Positions 8,506 through 17,419 of a DNA stretch of 32,000 nucleotides are shown here, piece after piece. Where the stretch lies: assembly GCF_000619845.1 (NCBI RefSeq), contig NZ_JHUX01000007.1, positions 150,001-182,000 on the forward strand. The letters run 5' to 3'. The translations under genes were made by a program, and so were the position numbers. Origin of the DNA: Alkanindiges illinoisensis DSM 15370. GTDB lineage: Bacteria; Pseudomonadota; Gammaproteobacteria; Pseudomonadales; Moraxellaceae. The notes beneath the pieces were generated by a model that worked only from the letters and a program-made list of their open reading frames with translations, searched no databases and was not told the origin of the DNA. Positions within the stretch are counted from its first letter, which is position 1; each line of letters starts with the position of its first letter.

Positions 8506-9321
8506 ATGGCTTTTACATTATCGCATATGGCAGCAGCACTTCCATTTTACCGCTATCGACGATGGATTAATTTTGAGGCATTACTCCTTGGCACTATGCT
8601 GCCGGATTTGCCATATTTTTTAAATAGTTCCCAAGCTGTATCTGAGCAATCACATTCATGGCCTGGGTTGCTAAGCTACTGTCTACCTTGGGGGTTGGGC
8701 CTATTCATGCTGTGGCACTGGCTATTAAAACCGGCGGCAATAGCATTACTGCAGCCGTGGTTAGCTATTACCGCCTTAGCGTCACCTCATGAGTTTCAGC
8801 AATGGGGGAAATCTGGTATTACGATTATTTTAGGCTTATTGCTGGGTTCCATCACACACTTAATCTGGGATGGCATTACCCATCCTGATGGCTTTATTGC
8901 CGAGCGTATTTTCTGGTTACAAGTCTCTATTCGCTTGGATTATCTTGGTGATATGTCATTGGCTCGACTTTTGCAATATGCCAGCTCCACGATGGCACTG
9001 GTCTATTTAGGCTGGTTTATCAAGACTAAGGCAAAGCAGGTGACTTGGCAAAAAGTAGCATTCGCCAATATACCGATTATTGTACTAAAATCGTGGGTTA
9101 GTTTATTAATTATCTCTATTGTGTGCGCGGGTTCGCTGTTTTGTGCAGTGCAGGCCATGCTAAAATGGCATAGTCTGATGTTTCATAATACCTACCTGTT
9201 TTTAGCCAAGGTGTTGGTAGGGTTGCTTCAGGGTGCGATTGGGCTGTTTGTTATTTATGCATTAGCCTATCAACTGTTATATTGGTTTTTCTATGCAAGA
9301 AGCCGCTACACCCGTAAATAA
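8506..9321 (+). CDS. DUF4184-like polytopic membrane protein (putative metal-dependent hydrolase fold), function unknown
   Basis: 271 aa. The N-terminus MAFTLSHMAAALPF...LLLGTMLPDLPYFL and the later HLIWDGITHP match my recollection of DUF4184. There are several TM helices. No obvious SD. It lies between two genes that are normally adjacent. Confidence 0.6.
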   Translation: MAFTLSHMAAALPFYRYRRWINFEALLLGTMLPDLPYFLNSSQAVSEQSHSWPGLLSYCLPWGLGLFMLWHWLLKPAAIALLQPWLAITALASPHEFQQWGKSGITIILGLLLGSITHLIWDGITHPDGFIAERIFWLQVSIRLDYLGDMSLARLLQYASSTMALVYLGWFIKTKAKQVTWQKVAFANIPIIVLKSWVSLLIISIVCAGSLFCAVQAMLKWHSLMFHNTYLFLAKVLVGLLQGAIGLFVIYALAYQLLYWFFYARSRYTRK

Positions 9322-9500
9322 TCTCAGGCTGACTCATCATCAATTAGTGCATTAAGGGCTATTACACCAGTACTGTTTCGTTGTATTGACAGACATCAGA
9401 TGACTGTCCTGAATTTTAAAAGGGATATAAGAAGCTGTGATGCAGTTTTAATCCATCAGAGTTTGCCAGTAATCCAGTTTTTTTCATTAAGATAAATATC

Positions 9501-10703
9501 ATGCTCAATACTGCTTTTCAACCATGGCCCTGTTTTACCCAGCAAGAAGCGGATGCCGTTGCCAATGTATTGCTGTCTAATAAGGTGAATTACTGGACAG
9601 GGCAGGAATGCCGCGAGTTTGAGAAAGAATTTGCTGACTGGGTGGGCGTGCCACATGCCATTGCCCTTACCAATGGTACGGTAGCGCTGGATCTGGCCCT
9701 AAAGGCGCTGGGTATTGGCCCGGGTGATGATGTCATTGTCACGTCACGCACTTTTCTGGCCTCGGCAAGTTCAATTGTCACAGCTGGTGCTAATCCGGTA
9801 TTTGCCGATATAGAAGCTGATTCACAGAACATCAGCTTGCGTACCATTCAGGCAGTCATCACGCCGAATACCCGCGCCATTATTTGTGTGCATCTGGCAG
9901 GCTGGATGTGTGACATGGACCCGATCATGCAGTTTGCCAATGCGCGTGGCATTTATGTGATTGAGGATTGCGCACAGGCGCATGGGGCATATTATAAAGG
10001 TCGTGCTGCCGGTTCAATTGGGCATGTTGGCGCATGGTCATTTTGTCAGGATAAAATCATGACCACGGGTGGCGAAGGTGGCATGGTCACCACCCATGAT
10101 GAGCAGCTTTGGCAAAAAATGTGGTCTTACAAGGACCATGGCAAAAGCTATGAAGCAGTCTATCAGCGTCAGCATGCACCGGGTTTTCGCTGGGTGCATG
10201 AGTCCTTTGGCACCAATTGGCGCATGACCGAGCTGCAGGGCGTGATTGGTCGCATCCAGCTGACCTATATGCCTGAGTGGCATCAAAAGCGAACTGCCCA
10301 CGCCCAGGCTATTTTAGGGGCTTGCCAGCAGGCAGGTATTTTTGAGGTACCCCTGCCATCCAGTGATTTTCAGCATGCCTATTATAAAGCCTATGCCTTT
10401 ATCAAGCCTGAACAACTGGCTACAGGCTGGACGCGTGATCGGGTGATTGAGGCAATCAATGCACTGGGCGTGCCGTGTTTTAGTGGCTCATGTTCTGAGG
10501 TCTATCTGGAAAAAGCATTTGATCACACGCCGTGGCGACCAGCAGAACGTTTGCCTGTGGCCAGGCAACTGGGTGAAACCAGTGTGATGTTTCTGGTACA
10601 CCCGAGCTTAAGTACGGAAGATATTGCAAAAACCCTGCAAGCCATTGCAACTGTGGCTGAGCAGGCGCGTAAACCCTCAGGTGTTATTAGCGCGAGTGAA
10701 TGA
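9501..10703 (+). CDS. DegT/DnrJ/EryC1-family PLP-dependent sugar 4-aminotransferase (PglE / QhbB-like)
   Basis: 400 aa with WTGQECREFEKEFADWVGVPHAIALTNGTVALDLAL, CVHLAGWMCDMD, and SFCQDKIMTTGGEGGMVTT (PLP lysine region). Confidence 0.93.
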   Translation: MLNTAFQPWPCFTQQEADAVANVLLSNKVNYWTGQECREFEKEFADWVGVPHAIALTNGTVALDLALKALGIGPGDDVIVTSRTFLASASSIVTAGANPVFADIEADSQNISLRTIQAVITPNTRAIICVHLAGWMCDMDPIMQFANARGIYVIEDCAQAHGAYYKGRAAGSIGHVGAWSFCQDKIMTTGGEGGMVTTHDEQLWQKMWSYKDHGKSYEAVYQRQHAPGFRWVHESFGTNWRMTELQGVIGRIQLTYMPEWHQKRTAHAQAILGACQQAGIFEVPLPSSDFQHAYYKAYAFIKPEQLATGWTRDRVIEAINALGVPCFSGSCSEVYLEKAFDHTPWRPAERLPVARQLGETSVMFLVHPSLSTEDIAKTLQAIATVAEQARKPSGVISASE

Positions 10704-10707
10704 TTTC

Positions 10708-12627
10708 ATGCCTGCCAACAAACTGATACGTGGAACGCTAAAAAGCCTGTCAAGTTTGCCACGCTGGCAAAAGCAGCTGATTATCATGTCCAGTGATCTG
10801 GTCATCATGGTCTTTATCCTGCATTTCCTGATGGCCGCGCGCTTATTGTCGCTGGACTATTACCTGCCGCTGCAAAGTCAGGTAATTATTTATATGCTGT
10901 CTTTTGTGTTTCTGGGGCTCAGTGGCCTGTACCAGGAAATTCTACGTTCCTTTAATGAGAATTTGTTTAAATCAGTGCTGCTGGGCCTATTTTTACTCAG
11001 TCTGGTGATCTTCAGCATTAATTCCATGCTGCTGCATATTCCGCGCTCAGTACCGTTACCTTATGTGTTTTTGCTGTTTATCTGGCTCTGGACGAGCCGG
11101 ATTATGGCGCGTTTTGTGCTGCGTCACCGGCAAATTATTTTAACGCCCACCAAGAATATTCTGATCTATGGGGCAGGGTCAGCCGGCATTGCCTTATTTA
11201 ATTCCCTGAGAAATCATGCCTACAAGCGAGTGGTCGGTTTTGTGGAAGATGACCCGCTGCTGGTTGGCGGACGTATTGCTGGGGTTAAGGTTTACAGTAG
11301 TCAGGAACTGGCTCGCGTAATTCCCAAACGTCAGGTACAAAAGGTACTGTTGGCCTTGCCATCCATTACCCGTAGTAAACGCCGCCAGATTATTGAAAAA
11401 CTGGAACCTTTGATGGTGAAAGTCCAGTCAGTACCGCCAATTGAAGAGCTGGTGAATGGTCGCCTGAAAATTTCTGATATACAGGAAGTGGATATCATGG
11501 ATTTGCTGGGTCGTGACCCGGTGCCGCCCATTCCCCATTTTCTTAAGGCCAATATTGAGCAAAAAGTGGTAATGGTGACGGGTGCTGGCGGATCGATTGG
11601 CAGTGAATTGTGCCGTCAGATTATCAAGCTTAACCCGAAGCTATTGATTCTGCTGGAACTGTCGGAATATGCGCTGTATGCCATTGAGCAGGAGTTAAAA
11701 GCCGCCGCACCGGATTTATGCATTATTCCATCGCTGGGCAGCGTGCTGCACCAGGCCAAGCTGGAACAGCTGATGCGCAATTATCAGGTTGATACTGTTT
11801 ATCATGCAGCGGCTTACAAGCATGTGCCGCTGGTTGAGGTCAATCCCTTTGTAGGCCTGATGAATAACAGTGTGGGCACCTATCGCTGTGCCAAGGCTGC
11901 CCAGAATTCCGGGGTGGATACGTTTGTTCTGATTTCAACGGATAAGGCAGTACGTCCCACCAATGTGATGGGCGCCTCCAAGCGGATTGCCGAGCTGGCC
12001 TGTCAGGCACTGGCTGCCCAGCCGGATTGTAAAACCCAGTTTAGTCTGGTGCGCTTTGGTAATGTACTGGGCTCATCCGGGTCTGTGGTGCCACTGTTCC
12101 GCAAGCAAATTGCCGAAGGCCTGCCCATTACTGTAACCCATCCGGAAGTGACCCGTTATTTCATGACCATTCCCGAGGCCGCCCAGCTGGTCATTCAGGC
12201 GGGTGCCATGGGTAAGGGTGGCGATGTATTTTTGCTGGATATGGGTGAGCCGGTTAAAATTGTTGATCTGGCCAAGCGCATGATTTTTTTAAGCGGTCTG
12301 ACGCCACGCGAACCGGGAACCGAGCATGGCGACATTGATATTGTATTTTCCGGCCTGCGCAATGGTGAAAAACTGTATGAAGAGCTGCTGCTTGATGATG
12401 CCAATGGTGAGCGGACTGAGCACAGCCTGATTGTGCGGGCCATTGAAAAACAGTATAGCCTTGAAGAAGTTGAAACCCTGTTGCAGCTGATTACTAATAA
12501 TGCCCGTGACCTGCATGGACTGGATGAAATCCTGACCCAGCTTGAGCATTATGTGGATGGTTATCATCGCAGTCAGGTGTTTTCTCAGCCTGAGCAACTG
12601 ATTGCCAATTGCCCCAAGTCAGCCTGA
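10708..12627 (+). CDS. Membrane-anchored UDP-GlcNAc 4,6-dehydratase (PglF / WbpM / CapD / Gdr family)
   Basis: ORF-track start 10624 overlaps the aminotransferase. ATG 10708 (MPANKLIRG...), 5 nt after that gene's stop, is the likely start. N-terminal TM helices are followed by VMVTGAGGSIGSEL (GxxGxxG), YHAAAYKHVPLVE (YxxxK) and ISTDKAVRPTNVMGASKR. Confidence 0.93.
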   Translation: MPANKLIRGTLKSLSSLPRWQKQLIIMSSDLVIMVFILHFLMAARLLSLDYYLPLQSQVIIYMLSFVFLGLSGLYQEILRSFNENLFKSVLLGLFLLSLVIFSINSMLLHIPRSVPLPYVFLLFIWLWTSRIMARFVLRHRQIILTPTKNILIYGAGSAGIALFNSLRNHAYKRVVGFVEDDPLLVGGRIAGVKVYSSQELARVIPKRQVQKVLLALPSITRSKRRQIIEKLEPLMVKVQSVPPIEELVNGRLKISDIQEVDIMDLLGRDPVPPIPHFLKANIEQKVVMVTGAGGSIGSELCRQIIKLNPKLLILLELSEYALYAIEQELKAAAPDLCIIPSLGSVLHQAKLEQLMRNYQVDTVYHAAAYKHVPLVEVNPFVGLMNNSVGTYRCAKAAQNSGVDTFVLISTDKAVRPTNVMGASKRIAELACQALAAQPDCKTQFSLVRFGNVLGSSGSVVPLFRKQIAEGLPITVTHPEVTRYFMTIPEAAQLVIQAGAMGKGGDVFLLDMGEPVKIVDLAKRMIFLSGLTPREPGTEHGDIDIVFSGLRNGEKLYEELLLDDANGERTEHSLIVRAIEKQYSLEEVETLLQLITNNARDLHGLDEILTQLEHYVDGYHRSQVFSQPEQLIANCPKSA

Positions 12628-12646
12628 CCGATCAGGTGACCTATAG

Positions 12647-12679
12647 CAAAAAGCCCGATTGATTCGGGCTTTTGTTTTT
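12647..12679. terminator. Bidirectional rho-independent terminator between the convergent dehydratase and aidB-like genes
   Basis: AAGCCCGA (12651-12658) / loop TTGAT / TCGGGCTT (12664-12671), extended by A/T pairs. It is followed by TTTGTTTTT on the + strand, and by TTTTT on the - strand (the complement of the preceding run of As). Confidence 0.85.
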
Positions 12680-12714
12680 CAGCATTTTATTGAAGTTAAA
12701 ACTGGCTGTTGAAT

Positions 12715-14457
12715 TTAAACATGATAAGTGCGCTGAATAATGGCTTTGGCATCCACTTCTACAGGGAGGCTGCCATAATTATGCATGCCTTGCTGGCCCA
12801 GACGCGACAGACAAAATGCAGTAGCCACATAATCCGGAGCATGCTGGAGCAGTAAAGCTGCCTGTAATACTACTGCCAGCTGGTCGACCACATTGCGGGC
12901 ACGAAATTCCAGATTTTCCCTATTTTGAAATTCTGCCTGCAAGCGGCTTACTGCCTGGTCAAACAGCGCATGTTTGCCTAGCGCTAAACTGACTTCTTTA
13001 AAATAAGCCTCCACGGTGGCCGGGGTTTTGGTCATGGCGCGTAGCACATCCAGACATTGCACATTGCCTGAACCTTCCCAGATGGTATTAATAACAGCTT
13101 CACGGTACAGGCGTGGCATGGGGCTGTCTTCCATCACGCCACTGCCGCCAATCACTTCCATCGCTTCATAGCTATGATTCGGTGTCCGCTTGCAAATCCA
13201 GTATTTGCCAATGGCAGTGGCAAGCCGGGCCAGCAGGCTTTCATGCGAATTCCCTGAACTGTCCTGTTCTTTTTGATCCAGCGCACGTGCCATACGCATG
13301 GTGAGTGCCAATGCCCCTTCATATTCCAGCGTCAGGTCGGCCAGCAGATTTTGCATCAGTGGCTGGTCAATCAGTGTTTTGCCAAAGGCTGCCCGTTGCC
13401 GGCAATGATGAATCGCCTGAATCAGCCCCATGCGCATAATGGCGGTTGAGCCAGTCATGCAATCAAAGCGGGTTAAACTCACCATTTCAATAATGGTAGC
13501 AACACCACGGCCTTCCTCTCCCACCAGCCAGCCAAAGGCACCGCGAAACTCCACTTCACTGGAGGCATTGGACACATTGCCCATTTTATTTTTGAGGCGG
13601 ATCACCTGCAGGCTATTTTTGCTGCCATCTGGTCGCCAGCGCGGCACCAAAAAGCAGGAAACACCAGCATCGGTTTTGGCCAGCACCAGAAACAGGTCAC
13701 ACATGGGCGCGGACAAAAACCATTTGTGTCCGGTAATTTCATAATCTTCGCCCGGCCCACGCTGATGAATTGGAACAGCAACGGTAGTATTGGCGCGCAC
13801 ATCGGAACCGCCCTGTTTTTCGGTCATGCCCATGCCAACGGTCAGGCCGTTTTTCTGGCAAGCTGGCAAATTCCGTGGGTCATACACCGGACTCAGGATT
13901 TTTTCTTCCCACAGCGCGGCCAGTTTCGGTGTGGAGCGAATGCTGGGAATACAGGCGAAAGTCATGGTGGTGGGGCAAATGTGTCCCGCTTCCACCTGAG
14001 CCTGCATTAAAAATTTGGCAGCCCGTGCCACATGCGCACCCGCTACCGGATTAACCCACGGCAGCGAATGCAACTGGTTGGCAAAGGCTGAACGCATCAG
14101 TTCATGATAAGCCGGATGATAATGCACTACATCCACACGATGACCAAAGCGGTCATGGGTATCCAGTTCCGGCTTGTATTTATTGGCCAGATAACCTAAG
14201 TACAAATAATCACGCGAGCCCGTGAGTGCGCCAAACTGTTTTAAATCATCAATGGCCCAGTCTGCACCTTCACGTTGTACGGCTTCCTGCAGGGCCAGAT
14301 CACTGTCAAACAGGTTGATGTCACCCAGCTCAGACGATACATTAAACACCGGATGGGTTTCAGCCTGTGCTGGGGATTGAACACTCACATAGGGGTAAGC
14401 AACCGTTTGGTCTGATCCGGATGCCGGAGTGTTTAAAGTCGGGTTTGGTGGATTCAT
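12715..14457 (-). CDS. aidB: AidB-like acyl-CoA dehydrogenase family protein
   Basis: About 580 aa. THPVFNVSS...NLFDSDLALQEAVQREGADW, HYHPAYHELM and MTEKQGGSDVRANTT parallel E. coli AidB as I remember it. The ORF-track start is GTG 14460. ATG 14457 sits 6 nt after AGGAGG and is preferred. Confidence 0.85.
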   Translation of the reverse strand: MNPPNPTLNTPASGSDQTVAYPYVSVQSPAQAETHPVFNVSSELGDINLFDSDLALQEAVQREGADWAIDDLKQFGALTGSRDYLYLGYLANKYKPELDTHDRFGHRVDVVHYHPAYHELMRSAFANQLHSLPWVNPVAGAHVARAAKFLMQAQVEAGHICPTTMTFACIPSIRSTPKLAALWEEKILSPVYDPRNLPACQKNGLTVGMGMTEKQGGSDVRANTTVAVPIHQRGPGEDYEITGHKWFLSAPMCDLFLVLAKTDAGVSCFLVPRWRPDGSKNSLQVIRLKNKMGNVSNASSEVEFRGAFGWLVGEEGRGVATIIEMVSLTRFDCMTGSTAIMRMGLIQAIHHCRQRAAFGKTLIDQPLMQNLLADLTLEYEGALALTMRMARALDQKEQDSSGNSHESLLARLATAIGKYWICKRTPNHSYEAMEVIGGSGVMEDSPMPRLYREAVINTIWEGSGNVQCLDVLRAMTKTPATVEAYFKEVSLALGKHALFDQAVSRLQAEFQNRENLEFRARNVVDQLAVVLQAALLLQHAPDYVATAFCLSRLGQQGMHNYGSLPVEVDAKAIIQRTYHV

Positions 14458-14609
14458 CACGGGCCTCCTGATTGCTGGTTACTGATTTTCTGTCATTAAA
14501 TATCGGTCAAGCCTAAGCCAAGGCCACGTTAAACCCAGTGGCAAAAACTGACATTGACCGGACAGTCAGCAGATTACGGACATTATTCAGAAGATTGAAT
14601 TCATAAAGT

Positions 14610-15218
14610 TTATTGTTCAGATTCAGCCTTAATTGTCCCAAATGCAGGTTCAGCCAGCCGTTGTACATAGTTACGCAGGTCGGTTGGCCATGGCTCGATA
14701 TAGCGCAGGAAATCTTCTTTCTGACCGGTATATAATGCCCGTGCTGCTGCTTCGTATCCGGGTGCATTGCCAAGCATGGCATTCATAAAGCGGTCAGTGG
14801 CTTCCTGTGCCTGTCTTACTGCAACAGTTGCCTGATCCTGTTTGCGGGCCTGCTCCACCAGTTTACGCAAGGTCGCTGATGCACCACTGGGCTGGGTTGC
14901 CAGCCATTCCCAGTGCCGGGGTAACAGGGTCACTTCGCGTGCTACCACGCCCAGCTTTGGCCTGCCTGCGCCACGCAATGCTTCGGGTACTGCTGTTTCA
15001 TTAACCGCATACTGGGTTTGCAATTGAGCCATGAGTGCAGCAGGGCTAATGGTTAAGTCAATATCGACCATGCGACCCGTCTGATCATCAAAAATATAAA
15101 TATTCTGACCCGGCTGCTGTTGCAGGGCACGACTCACTACTACAGCCACATCCCAGGGATCACCACTGGCAAATTGCTGGTGATCTTGGAAAGCAGTCCA
15201 ATGGGTTAAGGTATTCAT
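14610..15218 (-). CDS. DUF2239-family protein (unknown function)
   Basis: 202 aa. The N-terminus is WTAFQDHQQFASGDPWDVA...IYIFDDQTGRMVDIDL. The central GRPKLGVVAREVTLLPRHWEWLATQPSGASATLRKLVEQARK matches the conserved DUF2239 core from memory. It is co-oriented with, and 150 nt upstream of, the aidB-like gene. Confidence 0.7.
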   Translation of the reverse strand: MNTLTHWTAFQDHQQFASGDPWDVAVVVSRALQQQPGQNIYIFDDQTGRMVDIDLTISPAALMAQLQTQYAVNETAVPEALRGAGRPKLGVVAREVTLLPRHWEWLATQPSGASATLRKLVEQARKQDQATVAVRQAQEATDRFMNAMLGNAPGYEAAARALYTGQKEDFLRYIEPWPTDLRNYVQRLAEPAFGTIKAESEQ

Positions 15219-15249
15219 GTTGTTCTCATTAATTTTTGAGGAAGCTTGC

Positions 15250-15300
15250 TTAATTTACCCGGATAAAAATAAATAATCAATATTACCCGGGTTAAATTAA
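15250..15300. promoter_or_regulatory. Candidate operator in a divergent promoter region: near-perfect inverted repeat containing a TTACCCGG direct repeat
   Basis: TTAATTTACCCGG (15250-15262) faces CCGGGTTAAATTAA (15287-15300); the arms differ by one extra base. TTACCCGG occurs at 15255-15262 and 15283-15290. The site lies between the DUF2239 start (15218, -) and the ADH start (15392, +). Confidence 0.4.
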
Positions 15301-15391
15301 ATAAATTATCAAATGAAAATGTTTAAAAGTTTATGCACAGCAACTGTACAGAAAATCTACTTATCTAATGCAGGCTTGATGGAACACTGGC

Positions 15392-16537
15392 ATGCAACGA
15401 ACACATTGGATAATGATCATGCGTGCAACAGCAGCCCTGTTTGAGCGTTCACTTGTTTCCCTGTCGCGCTATCCCAAAGTCAAGCTGGCCAAAATTGAGC
15501 TGGATGAACCACAAGAGTATGAAGTACTGGTCAAAATCAGTAGTTGCGGAATTTGTGGCACTGACCATGAAGTCCTCAATGGTGACTTGCCCACAGGCAA
15601 ACCCTGCGTATTGGGGCATGAAGGCGCAGGCATCATTGAAGCCATAGGCAGCAAGGTGAGCCAGTTTAAAGTCGGTGATCGTGTCATCATTAGTTTTCCC
15701 TCCTGTGGCAAATGCCGCAATTGCCTGCGCGACCAGCCACGCTATTGTGAGCTGGCAGGCCCGCTATCGTTTGGTTTTCAGCGGCTGGATGGCTCACATG
15801 CCATTAGAAAAGCCAATGGCGACAAGCTGTATGGCAATTTTTTCCAGCAATCCAGCTGGTCAACCCATGCCATTACTCTGGAGCGCAACCTGATTAAAGT
15901 GCCTGATAGCATTGATCTGGATTTGATGGGGCCACTGGGGTGCAGTATTACCACTGGTGCAGGCGCGGTACTCAATGAATTGCAGCCACAAGCGGGCAGC
16001 AGCATTGCTATTTTTGGTGGAGGCTCTACCGGACTGGCGGCAGTGATGGCAGCGGTGGTGCGCGAATGTGAAACCATTATTGTGGTTGATCCCAACAGCA
16101 ACCGCTTGAAGCTGGCCAAAAAACTGGGTGCTACCCATGTGTTTAAATCGGAAAAAGAAGCCATTGCGGCCAAGATCCGGTTGTTGACCAAAAACCGGCT
16201 GGATTACAGTCTGGATTGTACGCTGGGCGGTAAGATGGTGCCTGCTGCCATGGAATCTCTGGGAATTCTAGGCGTCTGTGGCATGGTGGGTGGCGGCTCG
16301 CCCGTGCATACCTTTAAGCTGAATCATGCCGATACTTTAAATGGCAAGCGATTAATTGGCATTGTAGGCGGCGGTGGCAAAACGCCAAATGCGCATCAGC
16401 ACATCATGCAACTGCATGAGCAAGGCAAGTTCCCGCTGGAAAAACTGGTCAAGTTTTATCCGTTTAAAAAGATCAATGATGCCATTCGTGACAGTTTTAG
16501 CGGCAAGGTGGTCAAGCCCATTTTAAAAATGACCTGA
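15392..16537 (+). CDS. Zinc-dependent NAD(P) alcohol dehydrogenase (medium-chain; aryl/benzyl-alcohol dehydrogenase-like)
   Basis: CGICGTDHE, GHEGAGIIEAIG and the structural-Zn cysteines CGKCRNCLRDQPRYC are present, with Rossmann motif IFGGGSTGLAAV. The start is uncertain: ATG 15392, 15413 or 15419, with MRATAAL at 15419 resembling typical family N-termini. Confidence 0.88.
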   Translation: MQRTHWIMIMRATAALFERSLVSLSRYPKVKLAKIELDEPQEYEVLVKISSCGICGTDHEVLNGDLPTGKPCVLGHEGAGIIEAIGSKVSQFKVGDRVIISFPSCGKCRNCLRDQPRYCELAGPLSFGFQRLDGSHAIRKANGDKLYGNFFQQSSWSTHAITLERNLIKVPDSIDLDLMGPLGCSITTGAGAVLNELQPQAGSSIAIFGGGSTGLAAVMAAVVRECETIIVVDPNSNRLKLAKKLGATHVFKSEKEAIAAKIRLLTKNRLDYSLDCTLGGKMVPAAMESLGILGVCGMVGGGSPVHTFKLNHADTLNGKRLIGIVGGGGKTPNAHQHIMQLHEQGKFPLEKLVKFYPFKKINDAIRDSFSGKVVKPILKMT

Positions 16538-16570
16538 TCAGGCTTGATATTGAAGATAGCTTATGGCTAA

Positions 16571-16620
16571 GCCCTGTCCAGAGTAATTTTCAGGATAGGG
16601 CTGTTATGCCAAATTTTTTT
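16571..16620 (+). terminator. Possible terminator after the alcohol dehydrogenase
   Basis: GCCCTGTCC (16571-16579) pairs with GGATAGGGC (16593-16601), with one G-U wobble. The T7 run at 16614-16620 is 12 nt away, so the structure is non-canonical. Confidence 0.3.
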
Positions 16621-16719
16621 ATCTCACTTGCCGTTACCATAAACATCATAAGGCTCAAATGTTTTAACAGACAAACATGACATACTTTTCAATAAGTTAA
16701 TCACAATAGCTATCACATA

Positions 16720-17400
16720 ATGCATAGCCTGTTAATCCACTGGAAAGGTCTAAAACTGTTGCCTTCAGCATGGTTGCTGTTTTTGCAGTTATTTATTTTC
16801 ATTTTATCGCCATTGACCACCAAAACAATGAACAGTAACGCGCTGTCGTGGTGCTTGAGTGCACTGGCTTTGTTGCTCATTGCTGCAATTATCCGGCGCA
16901 GTCCCATTTATACCGTCGTAGGCCTGATTTTGGTAATAGCTGCCTTAATCCTGTCCGGCATTATTTTATTTGGTGGTGGAACACCGCATATTCAGGTCGC
17001 TGCCAATGTCATTGAAGCAGCAGCTTATATCTATGGTGCGTCAGGTTTGCTGATGTATATGTTTGCTGATAAATACGTTACCCGCGATGAGCTTTTTGCC
17101 GCAGCAACTGTTTTTACCCTCTTTGCCTGGGCTTTTGCTTTCTTGTACAGTGCCTGCCAGACTCTATTTCCAGCCAGCTTTGTTGCTTTTCATGGTCAGG
17201 CCTCAAGAACTTGGCTGGAATTATTATTTTTAAGTTTTAGTGTGCAGTCTGGCACAGGGTTAAGCGATATTATTCCTGTTTCGTCTGCAGCACGGGTGCT
17301 GGTTTCATTGCAGATGTTTGTGGGGGTGATGTATCTAACGCTGGTGGTATCGCGAGTGGTAACACTGCAATATATTAAGCATGCACCCAAACGCGATTAA
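16720..17400 (+). CDS. Ion-channel family membrane protein (two-TM pore domain, K-channel-like with a non-canonical filter)
   Basis: The C-terminal WLELLFLSFSVQSGTGLSDIIPVSSAARVLVSLQMFVGVMYLTLVVSRVV follows the pore-helix / filter / inner-helix pattern of Ion_trans_2 channels, but has SGTGLSD where TVGYGD is expected. An alternative start is ATG 16828 (MNSNALSW...). Confidence 0.7.
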   Translation: MHSLLIHWKGLKLLPSAWLLFLQLFIFILSPLTTKTMNSNALSWCLSALALLLIAAIIRRSPIYTVVGLILVIAALILSGIILFGGGTPHIQVAANVIEAAAYIYGASGLLMYMFADKYVTRDELFAAATVFTLFAWAFAFLYSACQTLFPASFVAFHGQASRTWLELLFLSFSVQSGTGLSDIIPVSSAARVLVSLQMFVGVMYLTLVVSRVVTLQYIKHAPKRD

Positions 17401-17419
17401 TCGTGATAATGCCCAGTCG

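Noticed and set aside
14513-14782. 89-aa - strand ORF spanning the DUF2239 3' end and the spacer before the aidB-like gene.
   Set aside because: It overlaps the DUF2239 CDS out of frame and has no SD or recognisable motif. The spacer is better read as untranslated.
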